A stretch of DNA of 63,757 bases, the filler included. It is 7 parts of 7 records of this genome, joined end to end, with 100 filler letters (N's around TTAATTAATTAA, not from the genome) between each part and the next. Parts side by side here need not be neighbours in the genome. Positions count along the whole stretch, not along the records: positions 9,316 to 33,144 come from SRR31156797_57981; 6 more parts are not named here. One strand, 5' to 3'. Made by a program: the position numbers and the translations under genes. How positions within the stretch are numbered: position 1 is the stretch's first letter; every line of letters begins with the position of its first letter. Below the pieces are notes generated by a model. It saw nothing but the letters and a program-made list of their open reading frames with translations, was not told the origin of the DNA and did no database searches. Below, in pieces: positions 9,467 through 19,142 of this stretch.

Positions 9467-10816
9467 ATGAAAAATCCATACCTCGCCAAATTCGTAAAGA
9501 TGCTCAAATCCCACCTGCTCATGTCAGTCATTATCTATGGTCTGGCCGCAGGCGTTCTGGCCGGCGCCCTCTGGTTCGCCTTCCAATTTGTCGATCCATT
9601 ACCCCCGAACAAAGTAACCATCGTATCCGGTGGTGAAGGTGGCGCGTACTACGGATATGCCAAACAATATGCGGCATTCTTTGCCAAACACGGGTATGAA
9701 CTGGAAATCATTCAAACCAATGGCTCAATGGATAATCTGGCCCGCATCAGCGACCCTGAAGTTGATGTGCAGGCAGCACTCATGCAGGGAGGTATCACCA
9801 CCCCCGAAGAACACCCGACCCTGCAAAGCTTGGGCAGCCTGTATTATGAACCGGTCTGGCTATTCCACAAAAAACGACTCAAAATAAAAACGCTGGCCGA
9901 CCTCAAAGGCCACACCATCGCAGTCGGCTCCAAGGGAAGCGGTACCAATCATCTGGTGACCACCCTTTTAGATGAGAATGAAGTCACCATCGAAGACGCA
10001 AAATTGGTGGAAGCCGGAGCTTCGGCAGCTATCCCCTTGTTGACGAAAGGCAAAATAGATGCGCTGGTCACCATTGCCGGAATTGATTCAAAAGCTGTGA
10101 ATGAACTCATTCATGCCAGAAAAAAGATTGCGCTGTATTCCTTCCAACGAGCCGAAACTTATGCTCGTACCCATCACTATCTAAAAAAACTGACACTGCC
10201 TCAAGGCGGCATTGATCTGGTAGATAATCTGCCAAGTAAGGACATCTCGCTGCTCGCCCCCTCGGCGAACTTGGTAGTGCGGGAAGACCTGCATCCAGCC
10301 ATCAAATATCTGTTCCTGCTGGCCGCTGACTCGGTCCATTCCAAGGGAGACATGTTTGCTCGACCGGACACGTTTCCGAACGATGAATCCGTCCTCTTCC
10401 CACTCAGTAGTGAAGCCGTGAATTTTTATAAATCCGGCCCTCCATTCCTTATGCGTTATCTCCCGTTCCAGCTCGCCATTACCGTGGAGAGACTGAAGAT
10501 TCTGCTTATCCCGTTGCTTACACTACTTTTCCCACTATTCAAGATCACACCACCAGCGTACCGTTGGCAGATCAGACGCCGCATTTTCAAGTGGTACAAG
10601 CATCTCAAAAAGCTGGACATGGAAGCCTATGAAATGAAAAATACTCAGGATGCCCAAAAGATGCTTGCCCAATTGGAACGCATGGATCGTAAGGTTCTGG
10701 AGACCTCGGTTCCTCTCTCGTACACGGATTACATCTATTCCTTACGGCTCCATATCCGAATGATCGAAGACCGATTGAAAAAGGTCATCGAAGAAGATGC
10801 GGAGACTTCCGCCTAA
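9467..10816 (+). CDS. TAXI-family TRAP solute-binding-like protein with C-terminal TM and cytoplasmic tail
   Basis: SGGEGGAYY, TNGSMDNL, YYEPVW and GSKGSGT motifs; extra TM near the C-terminus. Confidence 0.82.
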   Translation: MKNPYLAKFVKMLKSHLLMSVIIYGLAAGVLAGALWFAFQFVDPLPPNKVTIVSGGEGGAYYGYAKQYAAFFAKHGYELEIIQTNGSMDNLARISDPEVDVQAALMQGGITTPEEHPTLQSLGSLYYEPVWLFHKKRLKIKTLADLKGHTIAVGSKGSGTNHLVTTLLDENEVTIEDAKLVEAGASAAIPLLTKGKIDALVTIAGIDSKAVNELIHARKKIALYSFQRAETYARTHHYLKKLTLPQGGIDLVDNLPSKDISLLAPSANLVVREDLHPAIKYLFLLAADSVHSKGDMFARPDTFPNDESVLFPLSSEAVNFYKSGPPFLMRYLPFQLAITVERLKILLIPLLTLLFPLFKITPPAYRWQIRRRIFKWYKHLKKLDMEAYEMKNTQDAQKMLAQLERMDRKVLETSVPLSYTDYIYSLRLHIRMIEDRLKKVIEEDAETSA

Positions 10817-10831
10817 CATCGCATTCCAAAC

Positions 10832-10872
10832 AAAAAGTACGGCGCACCATGAAATCATGGTGCGCCCTTTTT
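10832..10872. terminator. Bidirectional intrinsic terminator
   Basis: GGCGCACCATGA-AA-TCATGGTGCGCC inverted repeat flanked by A and T runs, between convergent genes. Confidence 0.8.
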
Positions 10873-10914
10873 CTGTCTCAATACTGGGAGGGTGTTGAGT
10901 CAGGGGAAATCAGT

Positions 10915-12375
10915 TTACTGTCGGGACCGCCTACCACCGCCGCCTTTGGGAACACAGACTATTCCTTCCGGCATATCCACACAAATACCGGAAAGAGTCC
11001 CACGTGGTGTTTCAACCGTACACCTGTTTCCTGCCGATTTCCCATTGCATGCGTCAAAGGCCTCTTGAGGCGGACTGCCCCGCCTACCTTGTTTCTGAGG
11101 CCTGTTCTGATCCTGCTTCATGGACCGATTGGAATCATTGCCAGCAATTCCCTTCCACTCGGGAATTTGATCGTTTGACGGCTCGTAGTACTCCACGTCC
11201 CCACCGGACACACAGCGAACATAATTATTTATACGGATGTCATCCCCCTGCGGACCGTGGCCCTGCGAATAGCGTGACGGATCACCGGCCTTAGGATCGC
11301 TACGCTGTGCTCCGGCACCGTGCACATCCATCAAATCCTTGTTTGCGCTGGACCTCGGCGGTGCAAAGTACCCCATGGCGCGCCCGAATGCGACATACGC
11401 CGCATGACTGGGCTTTGGCCCATCCAAATGTGTGGTGGAAGACCAAAAATAGGATTCCACCTCTGTCACACCAAATATCGGATCAATTGCTGCTGAACCT
11501 GTTGCGGTAGGACTGCGCGAATAATCAACGATAGACTGCAACTCCTTGATGTTGGGTAAACGCCAGTCATTGTGTCCTGCTAGGGTCAAATTTTCGCAAT
11601 AGGACAACGCCTGTTCCCAATTACGGATCTTACCGTCGTCGGTTTTCTGCCAGACCAATCCCGTGGCCTTATCCGAAATAGTCTCATTCCCATTGTCCAC
11701 AAAATCATTCTTGCCGTAATCCGGATTCCCGCGCACATATCGAATATATTTATCATGGCGGGTGCCGCGATCCATGGTCGGGTATCCCTTGATACGCCCA
11801 TCCGCAAAGTTGACACCAAAGGCAGTCCGACTACCTCCCATGGTCGTTCCCTTATACAAAGTTGACGACCAATCCTGACAGTCGATGATACGAGCACCGG
11901 CTCGAGTATTGCCCCAGGCGAAATCGAAATATCGAGTATCAATGAAAGCAACGGAATCCTGTGCCTTCCCTTGAACCCACCCATTAAAATCCATAAGGGA
12001 ATAAAGTTCCTTGATGGAGGGAGCGCGCCAATCGTCATACCCACCAACTCGACAGACCTGCGCACCATTCACGGCAGTCCGCCAACTCAATTTATATCCT
12101 CGTGCCTTGACCCACATGAGCCCTGTCACAAGGTCGGACACGGTTCCATCGCCATTGTCTCGATAGCGGGCCACGTTCCCTTTATATTGAGAGTCCTGCC
12201 CGTTGAAGGAATCACCCTGTTGCGGACATTTGGTCTGACTCTGTTTGTCAAAACAGCCGTTCTGCCCCGTGTCCACAATCGGATACGCCCCGCCAAAAGC
12301 CGGTCCATTCAAAGCAAACATACACAATAGCGCACTTAAAAATCCGATACGAATCATAAAGGTCTCCTGTCTCAC
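10915..12375 (-). CDS. Secreted tandem DUF1566 (Lcl-type) domain protein with small Cys-rich C-terminal domain
   Basis: Signal peptide; two repeats of DNG.GT..D..TGL.W...W..A...C.....G..DWR.P.IKEL.S. Confidence 0.85.
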   Translation of the reverse strand: MRQETFMIRIGFLSALLCMFALNGPAFGGAYPIVDTGQNGCFDKQSQTKCPQQGDSFNGQDSQYKGNVARYRDNGDGTVSDLVTGLMWVKARGYKLSWRTAVNGAQVCRVGGYDDWRAPSIKELYSLMDFNGWVQGKAQDSVAFIDTRYFDFAWGNTRAGARIIDCQDWSSTLYKGTTMGGSRTAFGVNFADGRIKGYPTMDRGTRHDKYIRYVRGNPDYGKNDFVDNGNETISDKATGLVWQKTDDGKIRNWEQALSYCENLTLAGHNDWRLPNIKELQSIVDYSRSPTATGSAAIDPIFGVTEVESYFWSSTTHLDGPKPSHAAYVAFGRAMGYFAPPRSSANKDLMDVHGAGAQRSDPKAGDPSRYSQGHGPQGDDIRINNYVRCVSGGDVEYYEPSNDQIPEWKGIAGNDSNRSMKQDQNRPQKQGRRGSPPQEAFDACNGKSAGNRCTVETPRGTLSGICVDMPEGIVCVPKGGGGRRSRQ

Positions 12376-12424
12376 TATTATCGCTCAAAACGAACAAACG
12401 GTTACATCGAGACTCTACTACGCT

Positions 12425-12460
12425 AAAAAAAACGCCAGACCGATAACTCGATCTGGCGGT
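12425..12460 (-). terminator. Intrinsic terminator downstream of the multiheme cytochrome gene
   Basis: CGCCAGACCGA/TCGATCTGGCG stem with A8 tract (U tract on the minus strand). Confidence 0.7.
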
Positions 12461-12493
12461 AAAAGGCTGAAGGCATAAACAACTCGCGTTGTC

Positions 12494-13582
12494 TTATTTC
12501 TTGCCCTTCTTTTGCTGTATGTTTTTCTTCAAGGCCATCGTTTCGCGCTTAAAATGAATGAAATCAAGGAGCACGCCTTCCGGGTTCTGATGAAAGGCAT
12601 TGATATACATTCCCATACGCTGTGCATGCATTTTATCCCGTATCAGCCAGAAGTATTCTTTCTGGTTCAACTCCCCCATGGCTTTCAATTCATCGGCTGC
12701 AGAAATTAATCCTGACGCCATCTTGTTGGCCTGAGTAACGACTTTGTCACCTTCTTCCAAATGACCTTTGGCATGGGAGCGGCTGTGGCAATCGGCGCAA
12801 ATATCAAGCATGGCTTCACGACGTTCGTTCCATTGAGCCATATCTGGACGAAAACTGTCCGGCGCAAGCACAGGGCCAAGCATGGATAATGATTTCTTGA
12901 CTTTCTTTTGAATTGCGGCCTGTTTCTTATCAGGCTCCTCACCTCGAATACCAAAGAAACCCCAACTGGTTTTCACCATGTGATCGCCTTTGGACATATG
13001 ACATGTCGCACAGGTTGGTACGGCATCATCAAGTCCACGCGATTTATACAACGCACCGTGTTTCGAAAATCCATAAGCCTCATATTGGGGATGATTCCCC
13101 ATATGGCACGGGAGACAAGCCTCGGGTTTGCGAGCCTCTTCTGCCGAAAAACGATGCCGGGAATGGCACGCATCGCATTGTCCACCACCCTTGCATATTT
13201 CCTGATGACACGTTGCACAGGCGCGTCTGAAAACGACCGGAGCCTGTTTGTTCACCTTCTTGCCCATGGGTGGAATACTGAGAGCTTCCTCAGCTCTTGC
13301 GTGTTTGCCAAGCATGAATTGACTGGCCTGCTTTTCATGGCATTTGGAACATTGCTTAATTGTCGGCAATACGGATTTATCCACATTCGTCGGTCCGTCG
13401 TGTTCCGTGCCGTGGCAATCCTCACAGCCCATACCTTTTTTGGCCATGGCCGAGGATTCCCAGTCCACAACCAATTTCGGATTGTCTTTACCATGGCAAT
13501 CAATGCAGCTTTCATTCGCTGCATGGGCCTGTACGACACAAACGCACAGCACTCCCACTGCCAACAACGTTTTAAATTTCAT
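12494..13582 (-). CDS. Periplasmic octaheme c-type cytochrome, hydroxylamine oxidoreductase (HAO)-like
   Basis: Signal peptide; 8 CxxCH motifs (CIDCH, CEDCH, CSKCH, CATCH, CDACH, CLPCH, CATCH, CADCH); RHRFS.EEARKPE.C..CHMG and SKHG segments typical of the HAO family. Confidence 0.82.
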   Translation of the reverse strand: MKFKTLLAVGVLCVCVVQAHAANESCIDCHGKDNPKLVVDWESSAMAKKGMGCEDCHGTEHDGPTNVDKSVLPTIKQCSKCHEKQASQFMLGKHARAEEALSIPPMGKKVNKQAPVVFRRACATCHQEICKGGGQCDACHSRHRFSAEEARKPEACLPCHMGNHPQYEAYGFSKHGALYKSRGLDDAVPTCATCHMSKGDHMVKTSWGFFGIRGEEPDKKQAAIQKKVKKSLSMLGPVLAPDSFRPDMAQWNERREAMLDICADCHSRSHAKGHLEEGDKVVTQANKMASGLISAADELKAMGELNQKEYFWLIRDKMHAQRMGMYINAFHQNPEGVLLDFIHFKRETMALKKNIQQKKGKK

Positions 13583-13640
13583 GCACATCCTCCATCAACC
13601 GTTGAAAGTGATACCGTTGCAAACTTGAGCTTTTATAAAT

Positions 13641-13659
13641 GAAAATGAAAGTCGTTATC
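13641..13659. promoter_or_regulatory. Putative Fur-family operator upstream of the octaheme cytochrome
   Basis: GAAAATGAAAGTCGTTATC matches 15/19 positions of GATAATGATAATCATTATC. Confidence 0.5.
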
Positions 13660-13763
13660 GCTAATAATTTGGAGGCATCTTCTTGTCAAGATGGAATAAA
13701 AGTATACCTGCCTACTCTATTTTAGACTCACGAATACAATTCACGGCCCCCATTCACTCCAAC

Positions 13764-13800
13764 AAAAAAGCCACCAGACCGATACTTCGGTCTGGTGGCT
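13764..13800 (-). terminator. Intrinsic terminator after nfnB
   Basis: Perfect GCCACCAGACCGA/TCGGTCTGGTGGC stem with A6 tract. Confidence 0.82.
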
Positions 13801-13823
13801 CATACGCGAACTTAGTTAATCGC

Positions 13824-15239
13824 TTACAGCAATCTGCTCGCAATGATCTTGGCTGCACGTCGGCCTGCTCCCATAGCAGAAATAACCGTGGCCGCGCCGG
13901 TAACAATATCGCCACCAGCAAAGACATTGGGGATGGAAGTTTCGCCGGTTTCGGCATCAGCCTCAATGTAGCCCCACTTGTTCAGAGCGAGGTCGGGAGT
14001 CGCTTCCAGCAAGATCGGGTTCGGACGAGTGCCCACGGCGATAATAGCCATATCGCAGGGCACCTGTTCAGTCGCCCCCTCAATGCAGACCGGGGAACAA
14101 CGGCCGGAATCATCCGGTTCGCCAAGTTCCATCTTTTGCACGGTCATGGCCTTAAGCCGTCCCTGATTGTCGCCATGGAAAGAGACCGGGCCGCACAGAC
14201 AGCGAAGCTTGATGCCTTCCTCGATAGCGTGTTCGATTTCTTCACGACGGGCGGGCATTTCGTCCTCGGACCGACGATAAACAATTGACACTTCTTCGGC
14301 TCCCATGCGCAATGCGGTTCGGGCCGCGTCCATGGCCACGTTGCCTGCGCCAAGCACAGCCACACGCCGCGCATTGTAGGCCGGAGTGTCATAATTAGGA
14401 AAATCATAAGCCCGACCAAGATTGACGCGGGTCAGATATTCGTTGGCCGAAAATACGCCGACAAGATTTTCACCCGGTACGTTCAGGAAACGTGGCAGTC
14501 CTGCTCCCACGCCAATGAAGATGGCGTTGTAGCCTTCTTCGAGTAAATCCTGAATGGTGATGGTCTTGCCCCCCACCCAGTTGGTACGGAAGGTCACACC
14601 AAGTTCACGCAGGCCGTCCAATTCACGACCGACTACGGACTTGGGCAAACGAAATTCCGGGATACCGTAAATAAGCACACCGCCCGGTTCGTGCAAGGCT
14701 TCAAAAACATCCACCTTGATGCCACGTCCGGCCAGATATCCGGCCACGGTCAGAGAAGACGGTCCCGCCCCAATACAGGCGACTTTGAGGTCTTCCCGCT
14801 CCAAAGCACAGGTGGACAGATCGGTCACTTCTTCACAGGCGGACTCTGCTGCATAGGTGTCGGCCACGTACCGCTCAAGACGGCCAATGGCCACCGGCTC
14901 ATGCTTCTTGCCGAGAATGCACTTTCCTTCGCACTGGGTTTCCTGCGGGCAGACGCGACCACAGACAGCAGGCAGGGAGTTGGTCTTGCGAATAGTACTG
15001 TAAGCACCTTGCAAATCGTCATCCACCAGTTGAGCGATAAAGCCCTTGATGTCGATATTGACCGGGCACCCTTCCTGACAAAGCGGCTTTTTACATTGCA
15101 GACACCGCTCGGCTTCAATAATGGCCTGCTCACGAGAATACCCAAGGGCTACTTCGTCAAAATTCTTCCCGCGCTGAATTGGGTCCTGATGTGGCATGGG
15201 TGTCCGGGCGCGGACTTTCTTCTTCTTATTTTCCGCCAT
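13824..15239 (-). CDS. nfnB: NfnB / GltD-like NADPH-dependent Fe-S flavoprotein (often annotated homotetrameric glutamate synthase)
   Basis: RCLQCKKPLCQEGCP, CGRVCPQETQCE, GAGP, GAGNVAMDAARTA and FAGGDIVTG motifs; paired with nfnA. Confidence 0.88.
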   Translation of the reverse strand: MAENKKKKVRARTPMPHQDPIQRGKNFDEVALGYSREQAIIEAERCLQCKKPLCQEGCPVNIDIKGFIAQLVDDDLQGAYSTIRKTNSLPAVCGRVCPQETQCEGKCILGKKHEPVAIGRLERYVADTYAAESACEEVTDLSTCALEREDLKVACIGAGPSSLTVAGYLAGRGIKVDVFEALHEPGGVLIYGIPEFRLPKSVVGRELDGLRELGVTFRTNWVGGKTITIQDLLEEGYNAIFIGVGAGLPRFLNVPGENLVGVFSANEYLTRVNLGRAYDFPNYDTPAYNARRVAVLGAGNVAMDAARTALRMGAEEVSIVYRRSEDEMPARREEIEHAIEEGIKLRCLCGPVSFHGDNQGRLKAMTVQKMELGEPDDSGRCSPVCIEGATEQVPCDMAIIAVGTRPNPILLEATPDLALNKWGYIEADAETGETSIPNVFAGGDIVTGAATVISAMGAGRRAAKIIASRLL

Positions 15240-16077
15240 TGCACTGACACTCCCTGCTAAACAATTCCATGGATTCCCCTTCCTGTTCCTTGAACTGCCA
15301 CAAACGGGTTTTCAACTCAGCAAAATCCACTTCATGTCCGTCAAACTCCGGGCCATCCACACAGGCAAACTGTGTCTTGCCGCCCACGGAACAACGACAG
15401 GCACCACACATTCCAATGCCATCCACCATGATAGAATTGAGTGAAACGGTGGTCTTGGTGCCAAAGGGTTTGGTCACATTACAAACCGCTTCCATCATGG
15501 GAACCGGTCCGATAGCGACCACTTCGGCCACGTCGTCTTCGGTTTCGAGAATATCTTTCAGGACTTCGGTGACAAAACCCTTGTGGCCTTCACTGCCATC
15601 ATCCGTGGCAATGCGGACCTCTGGACAAAACGAAGAAAGTTCGGAGCAAAAGAGAAGCAGATTTTTGGAACGTGCGCCAATGATGGCAATGACACGATTC
15701 CCGGCTGCAGCGTGCCCCTTGGCAATATGATGCATGGCGGCGATGCCTGTGCCTCCGCCGACACAGACAACGGTACCGGACTTTTCAATATGCGTGGGCT
15801 TACCAAGCGGCCCGCATACATCCATAAATTCATCGCCCTGATTAAGTGTATTCATCTCGGCAGTGGTTTTCCCCACCACCAGATAAACGATGGTAATCGT
15901 ACCATTCTCCTTATCGCAATCCGCAATGGTCAAAGGAATACGCTCGCCGTTTTCGGCAATCCGAAGCATGACGAAATTGCCGGGTTTGGCTTTTTTGGCG
16001 ACCTGGGGCGCATCAATGACCATCAGGGTGGTCTGTCCCGGGATCAGCTCTTCTTTGACTAAAATCTCGTAACCCAT
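15226..16077 (-). CDS. nfnA: NfnA / PyrK-like FAD- and [2Fe-2S]-binding subunit
   Basis: GERIPLTIAD, GPLG, GGGTG and MVDGIGMCGACRC...CVDGPEFD (Asp replacing one cluster Cys, as in NfnA). Confidence 0.9.
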   Translation of the reverse strand: MGYEILVKEELIPGQTTLMVIDAPQVAKKAKPGNFVMLRIAENGERIPLTIADCDKENGTITIVYLVVGKTTAEMNTLNQGDEFMDVCGPLGKPTHIEKSGTVVCVGGGTGIAAMHHIAKGHAAAGNRVIAIIGARSKNLLLFCSELSSFCPEVRIATDDGSEGHKGFVTEVLKDILETEDDVAEVVAIGPVPMMEAVCNVTKPFGTKTTVSLNSIMVDGIGMCGACRCSVGGKTQFACVDGPEFDGHEVDFAELKTRLWQFKEQEGESMELFSRECQCNGGK

Positions 16078-16227
16078 CTCAAATTTACTCGCGTGTTGAA
16101 GTGACTCTCTGTACCCCTCGCCAAAGCCCGAATGGTATTCGGTGACAGGGTCTTTGCTAGTAGCCCCTTATGGCCGGGGTTGTCAAAAATCAGCCAAGTG
16201 ATTATAGTAATAGTTCGAATGACTGAC

Positions 16228-16322
16228 TGAAGTTTGCCAACTCCCACGGATGGGAAGCGGAAAACCACGGATCCCTCTGGATTGAGCGTGACGAAAGTCA
16301 CAGGGATGGCCGGGCTGCGATG
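16228..16322 (+). ncRNA. Cyclic di-GMP-I (GEMM) riboswitch variant
   Basis: GCCAA-CTCCCA-CGGA-TGGGA-AGCGGAAAACC-ACGGATCCC...GGGATGGCCGGGCTGC follows the deltaproteobacterial GEMM-I layout; overlaps a terminator. Confidence 0.72.
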
Positions 16323-16344
16323 GGAATCGCCACGGCCTTTTTTT
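16308..16344 (+). terminator. Riboswitch expression-platform terminator
   Basis: GGCCG..GCGAT/ATCGC..CGGCC hairpin followed by T7. Confidence 0.7.
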
Positions 16345-16386
16345 GTGCACAAAAAAAGGCTGGCAACCAAGTCGTAGGAGACGATC

Positions 16387-16803
16387 GTGCGCATCACAGG
16401 CCACGCATCAGAACAGTACCGCAAAACATCGGACCTTGCTGACAAGCGGCCCGTAAAAAAGCAGGTGCAGCCACAGGCAACGACGAAAACCACGTCTTTC
16501 GGTTTTCGCCTGGGCAAGTTCGGCTTGGACTATCAGCAGGAAGAAACGGTCTTCGACCCGTCCCTGTCTCGTGACGTACGTCAACAAAATCAAAAAGCCC
16601 GTGCATTTAAAACTGAAGCCGAAGTAGAAGGCCTGCGCGCCAAGGTCGGTGCGGATGGCGCACACTACCGCGAACGGCATCCCGAGACAGTCTCCACCGA
16701 GACCCCGCCCAAGAGCCGTATCAAGGCCGCGCTTTCAGCCTATGCCAAAAGCACAGCACAAATTCTGCCACCGCCGGGAGCCATGTTGGCAAGTGTGGTT
16801 TAG
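16387..16803 (+). CDS. Hypothetical protein downstream of the GEMM riboswitch
   Basis: AGGAGA RBS, GTG start, 138-aa ORF; no recognisable domain. Confidence 0.65.
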   Translation: MRITGHASEQYRKTSDLADKRPVKKQVQPQATTKTTSFGFRLGKFGLDYQQEETVFDPSLSRDVRQQNQKARAFKTEAEVEGLRAKVGADGAHYRERHPETVSTETPPKSRIKAALSAYAKSTAQILPPPGAMLASVV

Positions 16804-16848
16804 GCTTTTCATTGCCTTGAGCGAGCCTTTGCCATAGTCTCGCTCCCC

Positions 16849-19062
16849 ATGTCCTCCCCCACACCTTCCTCCATATCGTCGCCTCGTGAAATACTTTCTT
16901 CCGTCTTCGGATTCACCGACTTTATCGGGTTACAGGAGCCGATCATCGACAACGCCATGCGCGGCGGCGATTCACTGGTACTCATGCCTACAGGCGGCGG
17001 TAAATCGTTGTGCTACCAGATTCCGGCCATGCTGCGTGACGGGGTGGGCATCTGCGTTTCACCGCTCATTGCACTCATGCAGGATCAAGTACAAGGACTG
17101 ACGCAGATGGGGGTAAGGGCAGCCTGCCTCAATTCATCCCTTGATCCGAACATGGCCTATGACATCGAACAGATGCTCGTAAACGGCCAGCTCGACCTGC
17201 TCTATGTAGCCCCGGAACGACTGTGCAAACCCGGATTTCTCGACTTACTGGCCCGGTGCAACCCATGTCTGTTTGCCATTGATGAAGCGCATTGCGTATC
17301 CCAGTGGGGACACGATTTCCGGCCAGAATACATGCAGTTGTCCGTGATCAAGGAACGGTTCCCAAACGTACCGCGTCTGGCCTTGACCGCTACCGCAGAC
17401 GAACCGACGCAGGCGGATATCATCCGCAATCTGCAATTGGAGCAGGCACAGGTCTTTGCCACAGGATTCGACCGCCCCAACATCACATACACGGTGGTGC
17501 CCAAAAAAAACGCCACGTCCATGCTCAAACGATTCATTGAGGAGAACCACCCCAATGACGCAGGCATTGTCTATCGTTTAAGCCGTAAGAAAGTGGATAA
17601 AACAGCAGAATTTCTTCAAAAGAACGGTTTTACAGCCCTGCCGTACCACGCCGGAATGTCTGCCCGAGATCGCGCCCACAATCAAAACCGATTCATGCGC
17701 GAGGAAGGTGTTATTATGGTGGCCACGGTCGCCTTTGGCATGGGAGTGGATAAACCCAACGTACGGTTTGTCTGCCACCTTGAGCCACCCAAATCATTGG
17801 AAGCCTACCATCAGGAAACAGGGCGTGGAGGACGCGACGGGTTGCCCGCCTCGGCGTGGATGTGTTTCGGCATGCAGGATATCGCCGTACTGCGCTCCAT
17901 GATCGACTCAGGTGAAGCCGCCGGGACACGAAAAATGGTCGAACATGCCAAACTCGGCTCTCTGTTCGCCTTTCTGGAAACCGCAACCTGCCGCCGTCAG
18001 GCCCTGCTCGCCTACTTCGGAGAACATATCGAACCGTGCGGCAACTGCGACAACTGCCTGAACCCCGTAGAGACTTGGGACGGCACCGAGGCCGCACAAA
18101 AGGCACTCTCCAACATATTTCGCACCGAACAACGCTTCGGCGTCAACTACCTGTCACAAGTGCTTGTTGGGAAGGAAAGCGACCGCATCACACGATTCGG
18201 ACATCACCGTGTGTCCACCTTCGGCATCGGCACAGAAATGAATCAGGAGCAATGGAAATCCGTGTACCGCCAATTGTTGGCAAGTGGGCTTGTGTCCGTG
18301 GATCTCGAACGATTTAACGCATTGACCTTGAACGACCAGTCTTGGCCAGTACTCAAGGGAGAAAAGGAAGTCCGGCTCCGCACCGACCCGGTTCTGCCTC
18401 GCAAGTCCAAGAAGAAAAAACGCGTGGTCATGGCCGAGGACATCCTCAATACATGGGAAGCCGAAGCCTTGTTCGACGCCTTGCGCGACCTGCGACTCAA
18501 GGTAGCCGAGGAACAGGGAGCACCTCCCTACGCCATTTTCCCGGACAAGACGCTGCTGGAATTCGTGCAATATCGCCCACAGGACCTCGACGAAATCGGC
18601 CTCATGTCAGGCGTTGGTCAGGTTAAACTCGACCGATTCGGCGAACGGTTCCTGTCCGGCCTCAAAATACACGAAGAAGAGCATGGCCGTCCTGCCAATG
18701 TTTCGGAAATCCCGGAAGAGCGGTATGAAAAAAGAGAAAAGAAAAAAGCGAAAAAAAGTGAATTCTCCAACACGGCACAGACATCACTCGACCTGTTCCT
18801 GAAACACCGCGATATCGATCAGGTGGCCGAAGAGCGCGGCCTCAAACCCACTTCCATATGGCGACATCTCATACAGGCCGTGGATTTTGGCAAAATTGAT
18901 TACCGCAAGGTTATCGATTTGCCCGACGACGAAGTTGAAAATATCCGGATCTCCATTAAGGCCTTTGAAAAACAGGGAATAACCTCTCTGACTCCGGTCT
19001 TTGAATCATTGGATAAACAGTATCCCTACGATCTTCTCAGACTTGTCAGAACGGCCAAGTAA
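16849..19062 (+). CDS. recQ: ATP-dependent DNA helicase RecQ
   Basis: [39 protein letters not shown], Zn-binding CRR...CGNCDNC, RQC, HRDC and C-terminal HTH. Confidence 0.97.
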   Translation: MSSPTPSSISSPREILSSVFGFTDFIGLQEPIIDNAMRGGDSLVLMPTGGGKSLCYQIPAMLRDGVGICVSPLIALMQDQVQGLTQMGVRAACLNSSLDPNMAYDIEQMLVNGQLDLLYVAPERLCKPGFLDLLARCNPCLFAIDEAHCVSQWGHDFRPEYMQLSVIKERFPNVPRLALTATADEPTQADIIRNLQLEQAQVFATGFDRPNITYTVVPKKNATSMLKRFIEENHPNDAGIVYRLSRKKVDKTAEFLQKNGFTALPYHAGMSARDRAHNQNRFMREEGVIMVATVAFGMGVDKPNVRFVCHLEPPKSLEAYHQETGRGGRDGLPASAWMCFGMQDIAVLRSMIDSGEAAGTRKMVEHAKLGSLFAFLETATCRRQALLAYFGEHIEPCGNCDNCLNPVETWDGTEAAQKALSNIFRTEQRFGVNYLSQVLVGKESDRITRFGHHRVSTFGIGTEMNQEQWKSVYRQLLASGLVSVDLERFNALTLNDQSWPVLKGEKEVRLRTDPVLPRKSKKKKRVVMAEDILNTWEAEALFDALRDLRLKVAEEQGAPPYAIFPDKTLLEFVQYRPQDLDEIGLMSGVGQVKLDRFGERFLSGLKIHEEEHGRPANVSEIPEERYEKREKKKAKKSEFSNTAQTSLDLFLKHRDIDQVAEERGLKPTSIWRHLIQAVDFGKIDYRKVIDLPDDEVENIRISIKAFEKQGITSLTPVFESLDKQYPYDLLRLVRTAK

Positions 19063-19142
19063 GCGAAATTAACATTCCTTCTTGCCAAATTCTCTTTCAA
19101 TGCGCACTATGTGCACCAACCCATTGAGAAGGATTATCAACG

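Noticed and set aside
13824-15239. Glutamate synthase small subunit gltD
   Set aside because: No gltB large subunit is adjacent; pairing with a PyrK-like NfnA indicates the NfnAB transhydrogenase.
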